A DNA stretch of 64,000 nt, taken from the NCBI GenBank assembly GCA_964016885.1, contig OZ024740.1, forward strand, positions 248,744,001 to 248,808,000. The letters are read 5' to 3'. A program made the position numbers and the translations under genes. The stretch comes from Eledone cirrhosa (taxonomy: Eukaryota). Below, piece after piece: positions 15,882 through 28,420 of the stretch (position 1 is the first letter of the stretch; each line of letters begins with the position of its first letter). Below the pieces are notes generated by a model. That model was given only the letters and a program-made list of their open reading frames with translations. It did not search any database and was not told the DNA's origin.

Positions 15882-16063
15882 TGTTTTCACTTTTGCCACA
15901 AGGCCAGCAATTACCCAGTACATTACTGGTACTTTATTTTATCGACCCCGTAAGGATGAAAGCAAAGCTAACCTCGGCGGGATTTGAACTCAGATCGTAA
16001 AGGGACGTAACTACGCTGGAAAGCATGTCTGACCCTCTACCAATACTGCCAATTCACCATCAA
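15882..16063 (-). mobile_element. tRNA-derived SINE inserted in the PLE pLTR
   Basis: B-box GTTCAAATCC, conserved TTTCATCCTTACGGGGTCGATAAAATAAAGTACCAG domain; TSD-like CG(T/C)TCCAAATAAT on both sides. Confidence 0.88.
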
Positions 16064-16369
16064 CGCTCCAAATAATGGCGTATTATCTTCGCTTTTGTTT
16101 TCGTTCATTGCCAGGGAACGTCTCCACGAACCTAAGTATCGTCTTCCTGTTTTCCTTCGGCTGCAAGGTTTTTCGAAATATTTACTTCTGCGTTCACAGA
16201 TTGATTTTTTTAGTTTCAGAGGATCCCGTTAAGGGTGAAAGCACCGATTCTTTGCTTAAACTTTAATCTGTTATTTTAATAAATATTTGCTCTACGGTTC
16301 TTATATATTTGATATATATTTATCCTTATCGAGCCCTCTTTGTATTTTAGTCTTCAAATTTATCATTAT

Positions 16370-16447
<78 letters not shown>

Positions 16448-16613
16448 TATTTTCCGTTGTGTTGTAATATAAATATTACACACAGTAGATTATCAGCTCA
16501 CGTAGAGTTTGCTCGACGGTTCCATGTAGATAGCAGGTGTTTTAGGTTATGTAACTGTTATAGAAACACGTGTCAATAAATTCCTTTCAACTAAACTGTA
16601 TCCATTCAAATCT

Positions 16614-16657
<44 letters not shown>

Positions 16658-16926
16658 CCAAATGAAAAGAAATATGTGTATACTGAGAAAGAAACACAGT
16701 ATATTGTATATATACCAAATACATATTCTATAGAGAAATATGTACACAGATGGAAAATATAAGTGAAACCTTATAGCGCTATTTCATACCTGGGGAGTAT
16801 GGCTAAAAATCAAACTATGTAATCGATCATCAAAAAAAAATAAATAAATAAATATAATCGATCATCGAAGACACACTATCAATCATGATAAGGGATATAT
16901 ATATATATATATCTCATCATTCTAAA

Positions 16927-16999
<73 letters not shown>

Positions 17000-17540
17000 A
17001 AAGAATAGAGGTGTAACACACAAGTTATTATATATTGGTAAACGGAATAGAAAATGCTGACAAATTGTTCACAGTTGAAAAATGGTTTAATTAGGAATAA
17101 AAGAGTATTAGTGATTGTATGGGTTAGTATTCAGTTGTGGTTTTAAGTTTTTAAGTTTTTACCGGTTGCGCATTTCTAAATGCTTTTCAAAAATAATTTT
17201 GAGATAGAGTGTCCGTGCTGTTTGCTCTGATCTGATTAGTTTTGGGAATTCTACCTGTTTTTATGTTAAAAAAGTGGCTCCAGCGTTATTTTTGTGTTGC
17301 AAAAATGCTTGTGGTCAAAACAATTTTGATTGGTCGGTAGAGGTCATGTGAATGTAAAAAGTTGATTTTGCGCCAAGACTGTTTTTATGTTAAAATGTTA
17401 AAAAAGTGGCTCCAGCAAAAATTATTGGTCAAAACAATTTTGATTGGTCGGTAGAGGTCATGTGGATAAAAAATTGGTTTTGCGCCAAGATTGAGAAATG
17501 ACTCTTTCACAACAAATACGTGTGTGTGTGTGTGTATGTA

Positions 17541-17635
<95 letters not shown>

Positions 17636-17706
17636 AGTAGTAGTAGTAAGGTGTTCGATGCTGCGACAATGGCCAGAAGCGATGTGTGTCAAATGGCTAT
17701 TAAGAT

Positions 17707-17795
<89 letters not shown>

Positions 17796-18129
17796 GCAGA
17801 GTCATTCGAAGGTCAAAAGATATTTTTCAGCTTTTGTCTTATACGGAGAAGTGCGTGTGTGTGTGTGTGTGTGTGTATAAGTCTCTTTGTATGTTGATGT
17901 ACGCGTGTGTATGTGTTTGTGTATATATGTGTGTGTGTGTGGGTGGACCAGTATTTTTTTCCCCCTGGTAAAATGGTGTACATTATTCGATTTTTTCAGT
18001 AAAATCGGTTCTCTTAATAGAACATCAAAAATCTTAACAATAAAAGGTGTGAAATGATATTCACTATATATATATACACACACACACACATTCACTACAT
18101 ATATATATATATATATACATATATATTTC

Positions 18130-18327
18130 GTTTCTGAATTTGTTTAGCAAGATTCTTTATCTGAAATCGTGTGTTGAAACCGATATTGTTATACTTTGGG
18201 AGGGTCATGTTGCCAATAAGAAACACACGCACCAGTTGCTTTCACTTCAATTTAATTTATTATATATTTATAAATTTACAAATTTATAAATATATAATAA
18301 CATGACCCTCCCAAAGTATAACAATAT
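18130..18327. repeat. Solo fold-back pLTR (family of the 4470-4546 terminus) nested in the Neptune tail
   Basis: ATATTGTTATACTTTGGGAGGGTCATG ... CATGACCCTCCCAAAGTATAACAATAT. Confidence 0.8.
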
Positions 18328-18476
18328 ACATATATACATACATATATATGCACATATATTTTTTTGTATTGCACCATAGAGCATGTGTGTTTACGTGTGT
18401 CATTGTGTTTATATGTGGGTAGAGATGTGTGCTGATGTAGGTATGTATGTTGACGTGTGTATGTTGTGGGTTCGTC

Positions 18477-20800
18477 TTAGGGAGAAGTGTTTAGACGGGG
18501 TCCGTATTTGTTAATGAAGTAAGATTCCTTGCTGATGCGCTGGGTGTGGGTGGCATTATCTTTAAATTTGTAGAGGGGAAAGATTTTGAAGTTGGGATGA
18601 TTTTGGGCGGCACAGGTATCAATGTGTTCACTCAGTGGTATTTTCCTGTATTCCCGTATTTTAATTTGGGATCTATGGACAGTCATGCGTTGGCGGAGGC
18701 TGTTTTTGGTCTGGCCTATGTATTGTTCTCGACAACCTGAACAAGTTAATACATATATTAGATTTTCCGATGCACATGTGAAATTGTGTTTTACTATAAA
18801 ACGTTGTCCATCTTTGAAATAGAATTCCGAACCCTCTATTAGGTTGATGCAAATGCCACAGTTGGGTCTATCGCATTTTTTTACTGTGGGTTTCGTTGTT
18901 GTGGTTGGCAGTACTTTGGCATGTGTTAAGATGTTTTTCATTGACTTGGATTGTCTTTTGCTCTTTATGATATCGTGTGTTCGTAGAATTTGGTTCATTC
19001 TATGGTCCTTTTTCAATACAGGGATGTTCTGGAGGATGGTGTCAAAGGCCTCATTGTTGAGGGGGTTGTGTGTGGAGATGTATGGAAGAGCTTTTAGTTT
19101 TGGTTGATTTACTTTAGGGTGTCTAAGGTCCTGGGTACTGAGTTTTAGGGCACGTTGGATTCTATTGTCAATTAGTGATGCAGGGTAGTCCCTGCCTATG
19201 AGTGTGTCCTTTAGTTCTTGTAGCCGTAAGTAGCAGATGTTTTTATTGGAGACTATAGTACAGATTCTCTTGGCTAAGTTGTAGGGAATATTAATTTTAA
19301 CGTGTCTAGGGTGGCAAGAGTTGAAGGGGAGGTATTGCTTGGAGTCTGTGGGCTTGTAGTATATGTCTGTTTCTATTTTTTTGTTATGGATCTTAATGAG
19401 GATGTCGAGGAAGGGGAGTTGTTGATGGCTGTATTCCATCGTGAAGTTAATATTTGTGTTGAGCCCATTTATAAGGGTGTGAAATTCTTTAAGTTTTTCG
19501 ATGTTTTCGTGCCAAAGGATGAAGCAGTCATCTAGATATCGCTTCCAGTTCCTTTCAATGTGTAAGTGGAGGGTGTTTCCAAATTTGTTTAGGACTTTAG
19601 TGTAGAGGGTGATTTCCAGGTATCCCATGACTAGGTTGGCATAAGTAGGGGCTGTTTTCGTTCCCATAGCGGTCCCAGATTTCTGCCTGTAGGGTTTGTT
19701 ATTGAAAACGAAGTAATTGTTCTCCAAGATAAATTTGAGTCCCTCTATCACGAATTCTTTTTTGATGCGTTGTGGGAGTTCATTGTGGAAATTATCCAGC
19801 CAGAATTGGATAGCTTCTATTCCTAGGTTGTGGGGGATGTTGGAGTATAGGTTGATTACATCGAACGTCACTAGTAGGGTTTGTTCAGAAAGTGGCATAT
19901 TAGGGAGGTGATTGGGCATATCTAGGTCGTCCCTTATATAGCTCTTGATGTGCTTGAGGAAGGGTTTGAGAAGGGTATCAATGAAGTTGCTAAGACGGTG
20001 CGTTTCGCAAGCGGGGCCTGCTATTATAGGTCTTAATTTGAGATCATTGGGTGAGGGGACATTGATGACTATGTCTGTGGCTTCCTTGCATGCCTTACTG
20101 ATTGATTCGCTTTTATGTACTTTAGGGATACCGTAGAAAAGGCTGGATTTACTTGTGAAGTCTGTGATGAAGCTGAATTCCTTGTTAGTGAGTCCTTCTT
20201 TGTATTGGTTGATTAGAGTTTTTAGGTTTCTCATAATTTTCTGTTGATTGTAGTGTTCAGCCTTTTCGTAGTATGTTTCGTTTTCCAAAGTGGAGAGCGC
20301 TAAGTTGATATAGAATTCTGTCTCCATTAGGACTACTGTACTCCCTTTATCAGCCTCTTTAATTGTAATGGTTCTGTCGGTTTTTAATCTATTTAATTCT
20401 TCCCATTCTTTCTTGTTGAGGTTTGGCTTGTGTTTTTGTCTGTGCAAGTGTTGGTAAGGGAAGTTTGTGATGTGTTCACAGCTTCGTCCAGGATTTTATT
20501 TCTACCTTTTGAAGGGGTGTAATTGCTTCTATTTCTGGCTAATGATTCATCCTCATTGTACTGGTCGAATAGTTGTTCACTAAGTCGTAACTTTCTACAG
20601 AAGTCTGTGATGTCTTCCTTCATTTCATAGTAGTTAGGACGTAGTGGGGTCGGTGTGAATTTAAGACCTTTGGAGAGTAAGTTGATAAGGTTGGGTGTTG
20701 GTTCTGCACTAGTAAGATTGATAATTTTTATTACTATCGGTTTCTCCTCCCTGTCTTGTGTTATTTTGTTTGCCTGTATCTGTGTGCTGTGTCTAAAAAA
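18477..20800 (-). CDS. PLE ORF2: RT + Cys linker + GIY-YIG (one indel near 20470; no AUG before the conserved N-terminal motif)
   Basis: IINLT..LLSKGLKFTPTP, IKEADKG, FDVINLYSNI, GTAMGT, RYLDD, CDRPNCGIC, LIYVLTCSGC, YIGQT. Confidence 0.9.
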
Positions 20801-22070
20801 TGGTTGGGGTAGAGGGGTTGTCTGCTGATGTTAAGTGGTCTCCTGTGTTTGTTATATTCCTTGTTGTTGTAAAATGTGGTTCGGGTTGGTGGTTGTAGAT
20901 TGAATGGGGTGTTCCTGTACTGCGAGTATGGGTGTGTGTTTCTATGTGCCATGTTGTATTGTGGTGTTATAAGTGGCCTACGTTGTTGGTTGTATCGTGT
21001 GGTGTGGGTTTGTTGTGTATTGTGGAAGTGAGAGTTGAGAAAATGGTAATTACCTTGCTGTCCCCTTGAAGCGGGGAAGTTGTTGCATCTATCATGGCGG
21101 TGGTATCTTTTCCCTATGTTTGACGATGAGGAATCCGCGTAGTAGTTGAGTGATTTGGTATGGTGTCTCCTTGAAGGGGGAAAGTTGTAAATGTCATTCT
21201 GGGGGAGATGATTTCTTGGGTTTTTGTTCCTTCTTATGGTAGCGAGGTTGGGAAGTTCATCTTCGGTGTGGTGCTTCCTTCTTCGTTTGTTTGAGGCTTG
21301 GGGGTTTGAGAAGTTGTTGTGCGGTTCAGTTATGGGTTTTCCTATTTTTATGAACGGGTTATTGGAGGTGTAATCCGTTTGAAAAGTCGATTCATAGTGT
21401 AGGAACCAAGCGGCACTTTTTCCCAGCGTTGAAGGGATTTCAGTTCTTCTCTGTTGCAGTCCCCTTTCCATAATTTGGAGATCTTCTCTACCTTGGGGCC
21501 TTCAGTTTTGTTGTTGATTTCCAGGAGGATCTCTTCATCGATGGTTTTGATTTTTTCCTCATTTGTCTGGGCCCTCAGTTTAAGAAGTTCAATTTCTGTC
21601 TTCATTTTTTCCAATGCCATTCTTTCCCTAAGGTGTCTTTGAGGTTCGGGTTCATTTGGAATGGACTTTATTTGTAGTTTACGGGGGAGAGTTAGAGGGG
21701 TTGAGTTAAGCCATTTTTCATATATCTCTGCTTTGTTGTGATTTTGTATCATCTTCCAGAATGAGAACTTTCTGTCTCTGAGGGATTTGTTCCATTTTGG
21801 AATTGTTCGAATTTTCATTTTGTGTGAATCAATCTCACATGGTTCTTCGTTGGTTTTTCCTGGGTTGGTAGTAGTGAACATAGTTTGGATAGTATCGCAA
21901 AGGTTTTGGAGTTTGTCGCCGATTTCGGAGGGTTTGTATCCGGTGGCGGTTTCCTTATTTGTGGAGTCAAGTTTGTCGACCAGCAAAGATAGGTTGGTGT
22001 TGATTTTCTTGAGTTCCTGTAGGATCTCTTCATTTGAGTTGATGAGGGTTGTATCCGTTTTTGTTGGCAT
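20761..22070 (-). CDS. PLE ORF1-like protein: helical/coiled-coil N-half, basic low-complexity C-half (one indel in an A-run near 21420)
   Basis: ATG at 22070 just after the 5' repeat; ORFs 21348-22124 and 20761-21471 join; homolog at 11540-11960. Confidence 0.72.
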
Positions 22071-22699
22071 TTTCTGTATCTCGTGTGAGGATATGATAGT
22101 TAAAAGAATAGAGGTGTAACACACAAGTTATTATATATTGGTAAACGGAATAGAAAATGCTGACAAATTGTTCACAGTTGAAAAATGGTTTAATTAGGAA
22201 TAAAAGAGTATTAGTGATTGTATGGGTTAGTATTCAGTTGTGGTTTTAAGTTTTTAAGTTTTTACCGGTTGCGCATTTCTAAATGCTTTTCAAAAATAAT
22301 TTTGAGATAGAGTGTCCGTGCTGTTTGCTCTGATCTGATTAGTTTTGGGAATTCTACCTGTTTTTATGTTAAAAAAGTGGCTCCAGCGTTATTTTTGTGT
22401 TGCAAAAATGCTTGTGGTCAAAACAATTTTGATTGGTCGGTAGAGGTCATGTGAATGTAAAAAGTTGATTTTGCGCCAAGACTGTTTTTATGTTAAAATA
22501 TATATATAACAAGAAGTGTAAATCAACAGGTTAAAATTAACTTCATTTATTCGGCTTCGATGTTATACATATTTTGGTTATAACCATTGTTATACATATT
22601 TTGGTTATAACCATTATTCAACAGCTATGACCTCATCAGTTAGCTAGAACTTGAACAGAAAAAACAGAAAAACGAACTTCGTTTTTGTATTTGTTTTGT

Positions 22700-23149
22700 A
22701 AAATTTTTATTTGAAAACGTGTGTTGAAACATATTTGGGAGGGTCATGCTGTCAATGAAAACACATGCATTTGTTGATTTTTACTTCAATTTATTACAAA
22801 TTTCCAGTTGACTGGTTTAATAACCGGATGGTTATTTATTTATTGTCAAAACTTTTTTGTCACACATCCTGTGACCTCCTCCGTGACTAATTTCTTATTT
22901 TGTGTCTGTCCTATACCATCTTGGGTTTGTGTGTTGTCAAAAACAAGATAGCGTAGGACAGAACAAAAGAGAGACACAAAATAACAAATTAGTTACTGAG
23001 GAGCTCAAATGATGAGTAACGAAAGTGGTTTGACAATAAATAAACAACCATCTGGTTATTAAACCAGCCAACTGTAAATTTGTAATAAATTGAAGTAAAA
23101 ATTATAACGTGCGTGTGTTTTTATTGGCAGCATGACTCTCCCAAAGTAT

Positions 23150-23157
<8 letters not shown>
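22700..23157. repeat. Fold-back pLTR with diverged arms and degenerate HHRs
   Basis: Arms ~22733-22925 and ~22945-23145; CTGAGGA..GAAA at ~22996-23024. Confidence 0.8.
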
Positions 23158-23209
<52 letters not shown>

Positions 23210-23620
23210 TACATCCACCATAATTTTAATACACTAACACCTTTGTTTGATATGCTTGTATACTTGTGTTATTTTATGTGATACCTTTGCCATACAGTAT
23301 TTATTTATGCTTAATACCTTTGCTTGTTTCCTTCATATATATGACTAACGCATGTGCACTCTCTACACGCTTACATATGTACTGCAAGTGTCCTCATTCT
23401 TCCTCAAGGCCTCTTTAATTATTAGACTATTCCCTTGTATTATCTGTTGCATGTATTCCACTCTGTGCTTTTAATTTTAATTTTAATTATTGTACAATTC
23501 TCGTATAATATATGTCGGATCCATTCCACCCTGTAAATACGAAACTGTTGTTCACAACATCAATATATATGTATCTATATGATTGTTCAGTTGAATAGGA
23601 GGTTAATTATATGTACAAAC

Positions 23621-23677
23621 ATTGCTAATTCTCCGATGACTCCAAACGAAAGTTTGGAAGAAACGATTGTCAGCAAT
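23621..23677 (+). ncRNA. Hammerhead-like motif with U4C core change
   Basis: ATTGCT..CCGATGA-C-TCCAAAC/GAAA/GTTTGGA-A-GAAA-CGATTG-TC-AGCAAT. Confidence 0.6.
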
Positions 23678-23709
23678 AAAATGATTTGAACATAACTTTG
23701 ATAATTGTG

Positions 23710-23741
<32 letters not shown>

Positions 23742-23745
<4 letters not shown>

Positions 23746-24612
23746 AATAGAATGAAACGAAATTTCATTTCTCACTCTTAGTACGGCACTTACTTAAATG
23801 TAAGTATGTATGTATACGTACATACATATATGTATACAGACGTACAGTAGCATGTATATATATACATACAGGCACACATATATATATGCACGTATCAGTT
23901 TACCGAACATTTATTATAATGCTCGGTTTGTTCGTTTGTAAACAAACAAACAGCCTGACAAACAGCCTGAACAAAAAGGTGACGTGGTTGCCTAAACACT
24001 GTACGGTGTAATTCAGGCTGTTTGTTTGTTTACAAACGAACAAACCGAGCATGATAATAAATGTTCGGTAAACTGATACGTGCATATATATATGTGTGCC
24101 TGTATGTATATATATACATGCTACTGTACGTCTGTATACATATATGTATGTACGTATACATACATACTTACATTTAAGTAAGTGCCGTACTAAGAGTGAG
24201 AAATGAAATTTCGTTTCATTCTATTCCATTTATCGTTTTCGGTGCGCCTGGCCGACTGAACTCACTCGATATGCAAATTAGGCTGCTCAGCCGTTAATTT
24301 TCATAAGGAAAGTATATATTTTCGGACGTTCAACCATTTGGCAGAAAGGTATACGGTGCTGACGATAGCTAATAAGCTTGAAACTAGTACATCGTTCCTG
24401 TGTCAGTGTTGAACAAAAAGGTGACGTGGTTGCCTAAACACTGTACGGCGTAATTCAGGCTGTTTGTTTGTTTACAAACGAACAAACGGAGCATTATAAT
24501 AAATGTTCGGTAAACTGATACGTGCATATATATATATGTGTGCCTGTATGTATATATATACATGCTACTGTACGTCTGTATATATATATGTATGTACGTA
24601 TACATACATACT

Positions 24613-24615
<3 letters not shown>
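23742..24615. repeat. Palindrome (arms 23742-23958 and 24013-24230) plus a direct third copy at 24409-24615
   Basis: Direct reading of inverted and direct matches; (TA)n flanks. Confidence 0.9.
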
Positions 24616-24674
<59 letters not shown>

Positions 24675-24774
24675 TATTGAAATTTCCGTTGAAAACAGAA
24701 AAGGTCATAGAAGTGAAGAGTGCTCTATATAAGTACCAGAGCAAAATTTAATGTATAAAAATCAATACAATATA

Positions 24775-24852
24775 ATTACCTCATTACCAGAGGTTTCCCG
24801 AATGAGGCGAATACGAAAGAAACGTCTTCATTCGTTCGTCAGACGAGGCAAT
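24775..24852 (-). ncRNA. Type I hammerhead ribozyme
   Basis: ATTGCCTCGT-CTGACGA-ACGAATGA...TCATTCGG-GAAA-CCTCTGG-TA-ATGAGGTAAT; 10-bp stem I. Confidence 0.85.
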
Positions 24853-24934
24853 ATAAAACAAGGCTAAATACTTGGAAAGTCTCATCAAGAAAAGCAAAAA
24901 AAATTATATAAATATAGACAAATGAATTACAATA

Positions 24935-24992
<58 letters not shown>

Positions 24993-24994
<2 letters not shown>

Positions 24995-26045
24995 GGGCAG
25001 GTAAATTTCCCGAGACCTATGGACGAGTTCTCTCCAGCGGTCTCTGTCCTTCATCATTGTCGCAATGTCCTGCATCTCCCAGAGACCACTGTCTGTCCTT
25101 AGAGCATCAATATATGTCATCCTTGGTCTCTCTCTCTCTCTCTTCTAGCGTGTCTGTGTAGGGGCTCCCACGGGACCACTGAGTGCAGTGTCAACTCTGG
25201 ATGTCGGTGAGCATGTCCAGCTAACCTCAGTCTCCTCTGTGTTACTTTCGAGTCGACATTTGGGAGGCACCTGTGGAGTTCTTCATCCTCAGTGTATACT
25301 GATTAATGTTCAGAGCCATCCTCAGCATTCTCGTGTAGCAAGCATCTACCATCTGAGGCAGCGTCTTGGTCAGTGTCCAAGTCTCAGACCCGTACAGCAG
25401 CACAGACTCCACTTTAGCGACAAAGAGACGGATCTTTAGGTTTTTACGAAGGTCCGACTTCTACACCGACCTCAAACTGTAATACGCCACCCAGGCTTTG
25501 CCCTCCCTTGACACCACATCATCTTCTGTGTTCCCAATCTTTTCTCCCAGATACAGGAATTCCTCAACCAACTCTAGCGGCTTCCTGCTCATATTCATAA
25601 TCTTCTCTGGCTTCTTAATATTCTCTACCAGATACTTCGTCTTACTCTCATTCATTCTCAACCCCACACTTACCGACACAGTCTCCACCTCCTGCATCAA
25701 CTCCTCTACCCCCTTCAATGCGTTTGTCCCCAGAACTATATCGTCAGAAAATTCAGCATCTGATATCTTTTTAGCCTTAACTCTCATGCTCTGAGCCAGT
25801 GCTACAGTAAAGCCAGTGTCCTGGTGTTACTCCAGTGCAAGGCGTCTACAATAGTCTACTGTGATGATAAAAAGGTAGGGAGCCAATGTATCTCCCTGGA
25901 GCACTCCAATCAGTATCCTAAAGAACTCCGTCATCCCGTCTGGTGTAATGACTTGAGCACTGGTGTTGGTGTAAACCAGTGATATCAGGTACACTATCAT
26001 CTTGCCGATTCCATGAGTTTGTAATATCCTCATCGGGCATTTATT
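24993..26045 (-). mobile_element. 5'-truncated RTE-X-type LINE
   Basis: GVLQGDTLAPYLF, EFSDD; same family as 57990-60032. Confidence 0.9.
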
Positions 26046-26099
26046 TATACATATATCCATCCATAATGTATATATATATATATATACAGTATATATAAA

Positions 26100-26139
<40 letters not shown>

Positions 26140-27420
26140 TCGTAACACAACAGTTAGTTCACCATGCCGAGAACATTTGTTTCACCTTAGCGGATCCTCA
26201 GCTCGTAATGGACATGGTTATACGGAACAGGAAGACCAACCGTATGAACGCGCATGCGCAGAAACGGTCACTTCACCCAGGCAATACATAAATGCGTGCG
26301 AGAGGTGTAAGGGATATAACTGCGAAAGTCCGAAAGGTTCTAGTTGATAAGAAAATTAGGATGTTGTTGTTGTTCAATCCAGAGTTTGTAGCTATGTAAG
26401 AGGTGTTTCCAGAAATGCGGACAACGTGTGAAGAATTCATTACTTGAGTTTAGGCAATCGCTATTGCGTTATATCTTTAGAATATTTATCTATTCATCAA
26501 TACATAGTCCACAAGACGGATTGCCCCTTGCGTATGGCTTGGACTAAGTGATGGCTTTCCATTGAATGGAGTAGTCTATACTTGAGTCCTTGAGGGACCA
26601 TACGTGGCTCGCGAGTTTCGTGGATGATCGTTTGTCCGGGTACCTAAAGGTCGACTGATGGTTCAGGAAGCGTTCCTTAAATCGGCCCTCCACCATACCC
26701 ACATAGGATTTGACCTCCTGTGGTTGATTTGGTCGGTTGGAAGTGACCACAGCTTCATAAACTACAGCGGGCGTGTTACATTGCGGTTGAAGGGAACAAG
26801 CTTCAGGCTTTCGGCAAGAGCACCCTGGTGGGGATGTTGTTCTTAGGGCTGTTGGTGATGTGGGCCTTCATATTCTTAGTGCAGGAGTACCCTAGTTTTA
26901 CTTTGTGTCTGTTAAAGATGGAGCGGCATTTGTGACCTATGGGAAAGTGTATATCTAAAGGGCTAAAAAATATTTTCCTACATTAGTTTTAACGTTGAGT
27001 GAGAAGGAAGGAGAGAACCAGATAGTTTGTCTATTGTTGCGCTTTCTTTTCTTATTTCTGTTGTTGTTAGTGGGAGAGTAAGTGATGGGTTGCGAGAAGC
27101 CGCTGTTAGCTAACGCCGTGTTATAGTAGGGTGCCGTTCTGTCAAAGATAGTCTTGTTAGAGGAGAGGTTGGAGATTCTAGTACTGATATTATTTACGAA
27201 GTTTCTAAAAACAGTGGGAGGGTGGCATAAATCTTTGTGAATGTAATTGAGTTTTTCGTTAAGCTTATGGAAGAGTCTGTAGGTGTGTGTGCGAAGGTCT
27301 AAATTAATGTCTTAGAAATCTACGCTAGAGAGGTTGGTAGCTACTGTAGTCCTAAGTCCTAACTCATTGAGTCTTTTTTAAACCGGTCGAGGTCGTGACC
27401 ACTTTTATGGCTAATCTAAC
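26140..27420 (-). mobile_element. Truncated Naiad-type PLE
   Basis: CSCRKPEACSLQPQC linker, YVGMVEGRFKERF, LASHVWSLKD, RT C-terminal remnants. Confidence 0.87.
26168..26205 (-). ncRNA. Minimal hammerhead in the PLE 3' tail
   Basis: CGAG-CTGAGGA-TCC/GCTAA/GGT-GAAA-CAAATG-TT-CTCG. Confidence 0.7.
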
Positions 27421-27755
27421 GTCGGTATAGTGAACTAACTGTTGTGTTACCACTTCTACCTAACTCGTCCTATGGAATGAGTGCTCTACCACTACGGATA
27501 TTACCTTCCAGTGTTCTACCTCTCTCTCTATATATGGCAGTCGCAAGCGTGGGAGACCAGTTAAGTCTGAAATGCATCGACGATTGTTCCCCTTGCTTCT
27601 GCTGGACACCACCAAAGGGCGTTAGCCCAGGTGTTTTTGTTGTTTTTTTTTTGCATAGCTTCGGCTTCCTAAATGTTTATCCTGTAAACCATCCGTGTTT
27701 CTTTAGAAATACGAAATTTCTCTACTTATCTCTATACAGCTATGCTTGAAGCTAA

Positions 27756-27818
<63 letters not shown>

Positions 27819-27905
27819 AGAAGTTATATTTAAATTGTTGGCATACAACAAGCAAATATTTTTATAACTGATATAAAGCACTCAACAAATTATTGGAGTA
27901 AAAAT

Positions 27906-28145
27906 ACGATATATTAACAAATGGAAACTATATTTATAAAACCATATTTATTTCATTATACATATTTCAAGGACACCAAGTCAAATTATGGTGCGCTTTC
28001 ATCAGATAAAATATAATATAGATCAGTTTTATAAATAAATATTTTATCTGATGAAAGCGCACCATAATTTGACTTGGTGTCCTTGAAATATGTATAATGA
28101 AATAAATATGGTTTTATAAATATAGTTTCCATTTGTTAATATATC

Positions 28146-28147
<2 letters not shown>
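27906..28147. repeat. Palindrome with an HHR in each arm (27949-28013 minus, 28040-28104 plus)
   Basis: TATTTTAT-CTGATGA-stem II-GAAA-TATGTA-TA-ATGAAATA; arms are reverse complements. Confidence 0.9.
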
Positions 28148-28191
<44 letters not shown>

Positions 28192-28420
28192 GGAAATCAG
28201 TAAAATCGAATCTCTGGCGGTTTGCAAGTAAATTCGGCCTACTTATATGAAGTGATGAGTTAGCAAAGCACTCGATAAGATAGGTCTCAGAGTTATAACA
28301 TACGTTTAAATAGCTTGACAAATCGAACATTGTGGTAGGCTAAACCAACACACAATATATACCAAAGGAACGATAAAACTAATCAGGTTGAGAAAAATAT
28401 ATATATATATATATATATAT

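Larger units (their letters stand above)
12750..16375 (-). mobile_element. Naiad-type PLE, 5'-truncated, with inverted pLTR
   Basis: RT (FIQFDINNYYSSI, MGASDSAEVTDLIG, LYRDD), CNCRNRVDCPLSGKC, GIY-YIG (IVYKC, YIGLT); 12770-13030 is inverted at 15830-16285. Confidence 0.92.
16993..22499 (-). mobile_element. Near full-length Neptune-type Penelope-like retroelement
   Basis: Direct repeats 16993-17396 and 22096-22499 (404 bp, no difference seen by eye); ORF1 plus RT-GIY-YIG; (TA)n on both sides. Confidence 0.93.

Noticed and set aside
15975-16060. Genuine tRNA genes
   Set aside because: A/B boxes are SINE heads followed by a conserved body and TSDs; no cloverleaf
16765-16800. Hammerhead on the minus strand (stem-GAAA-TAGCGCTA-TA)
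   Set aside because: CUGANGA half is missing; relic only
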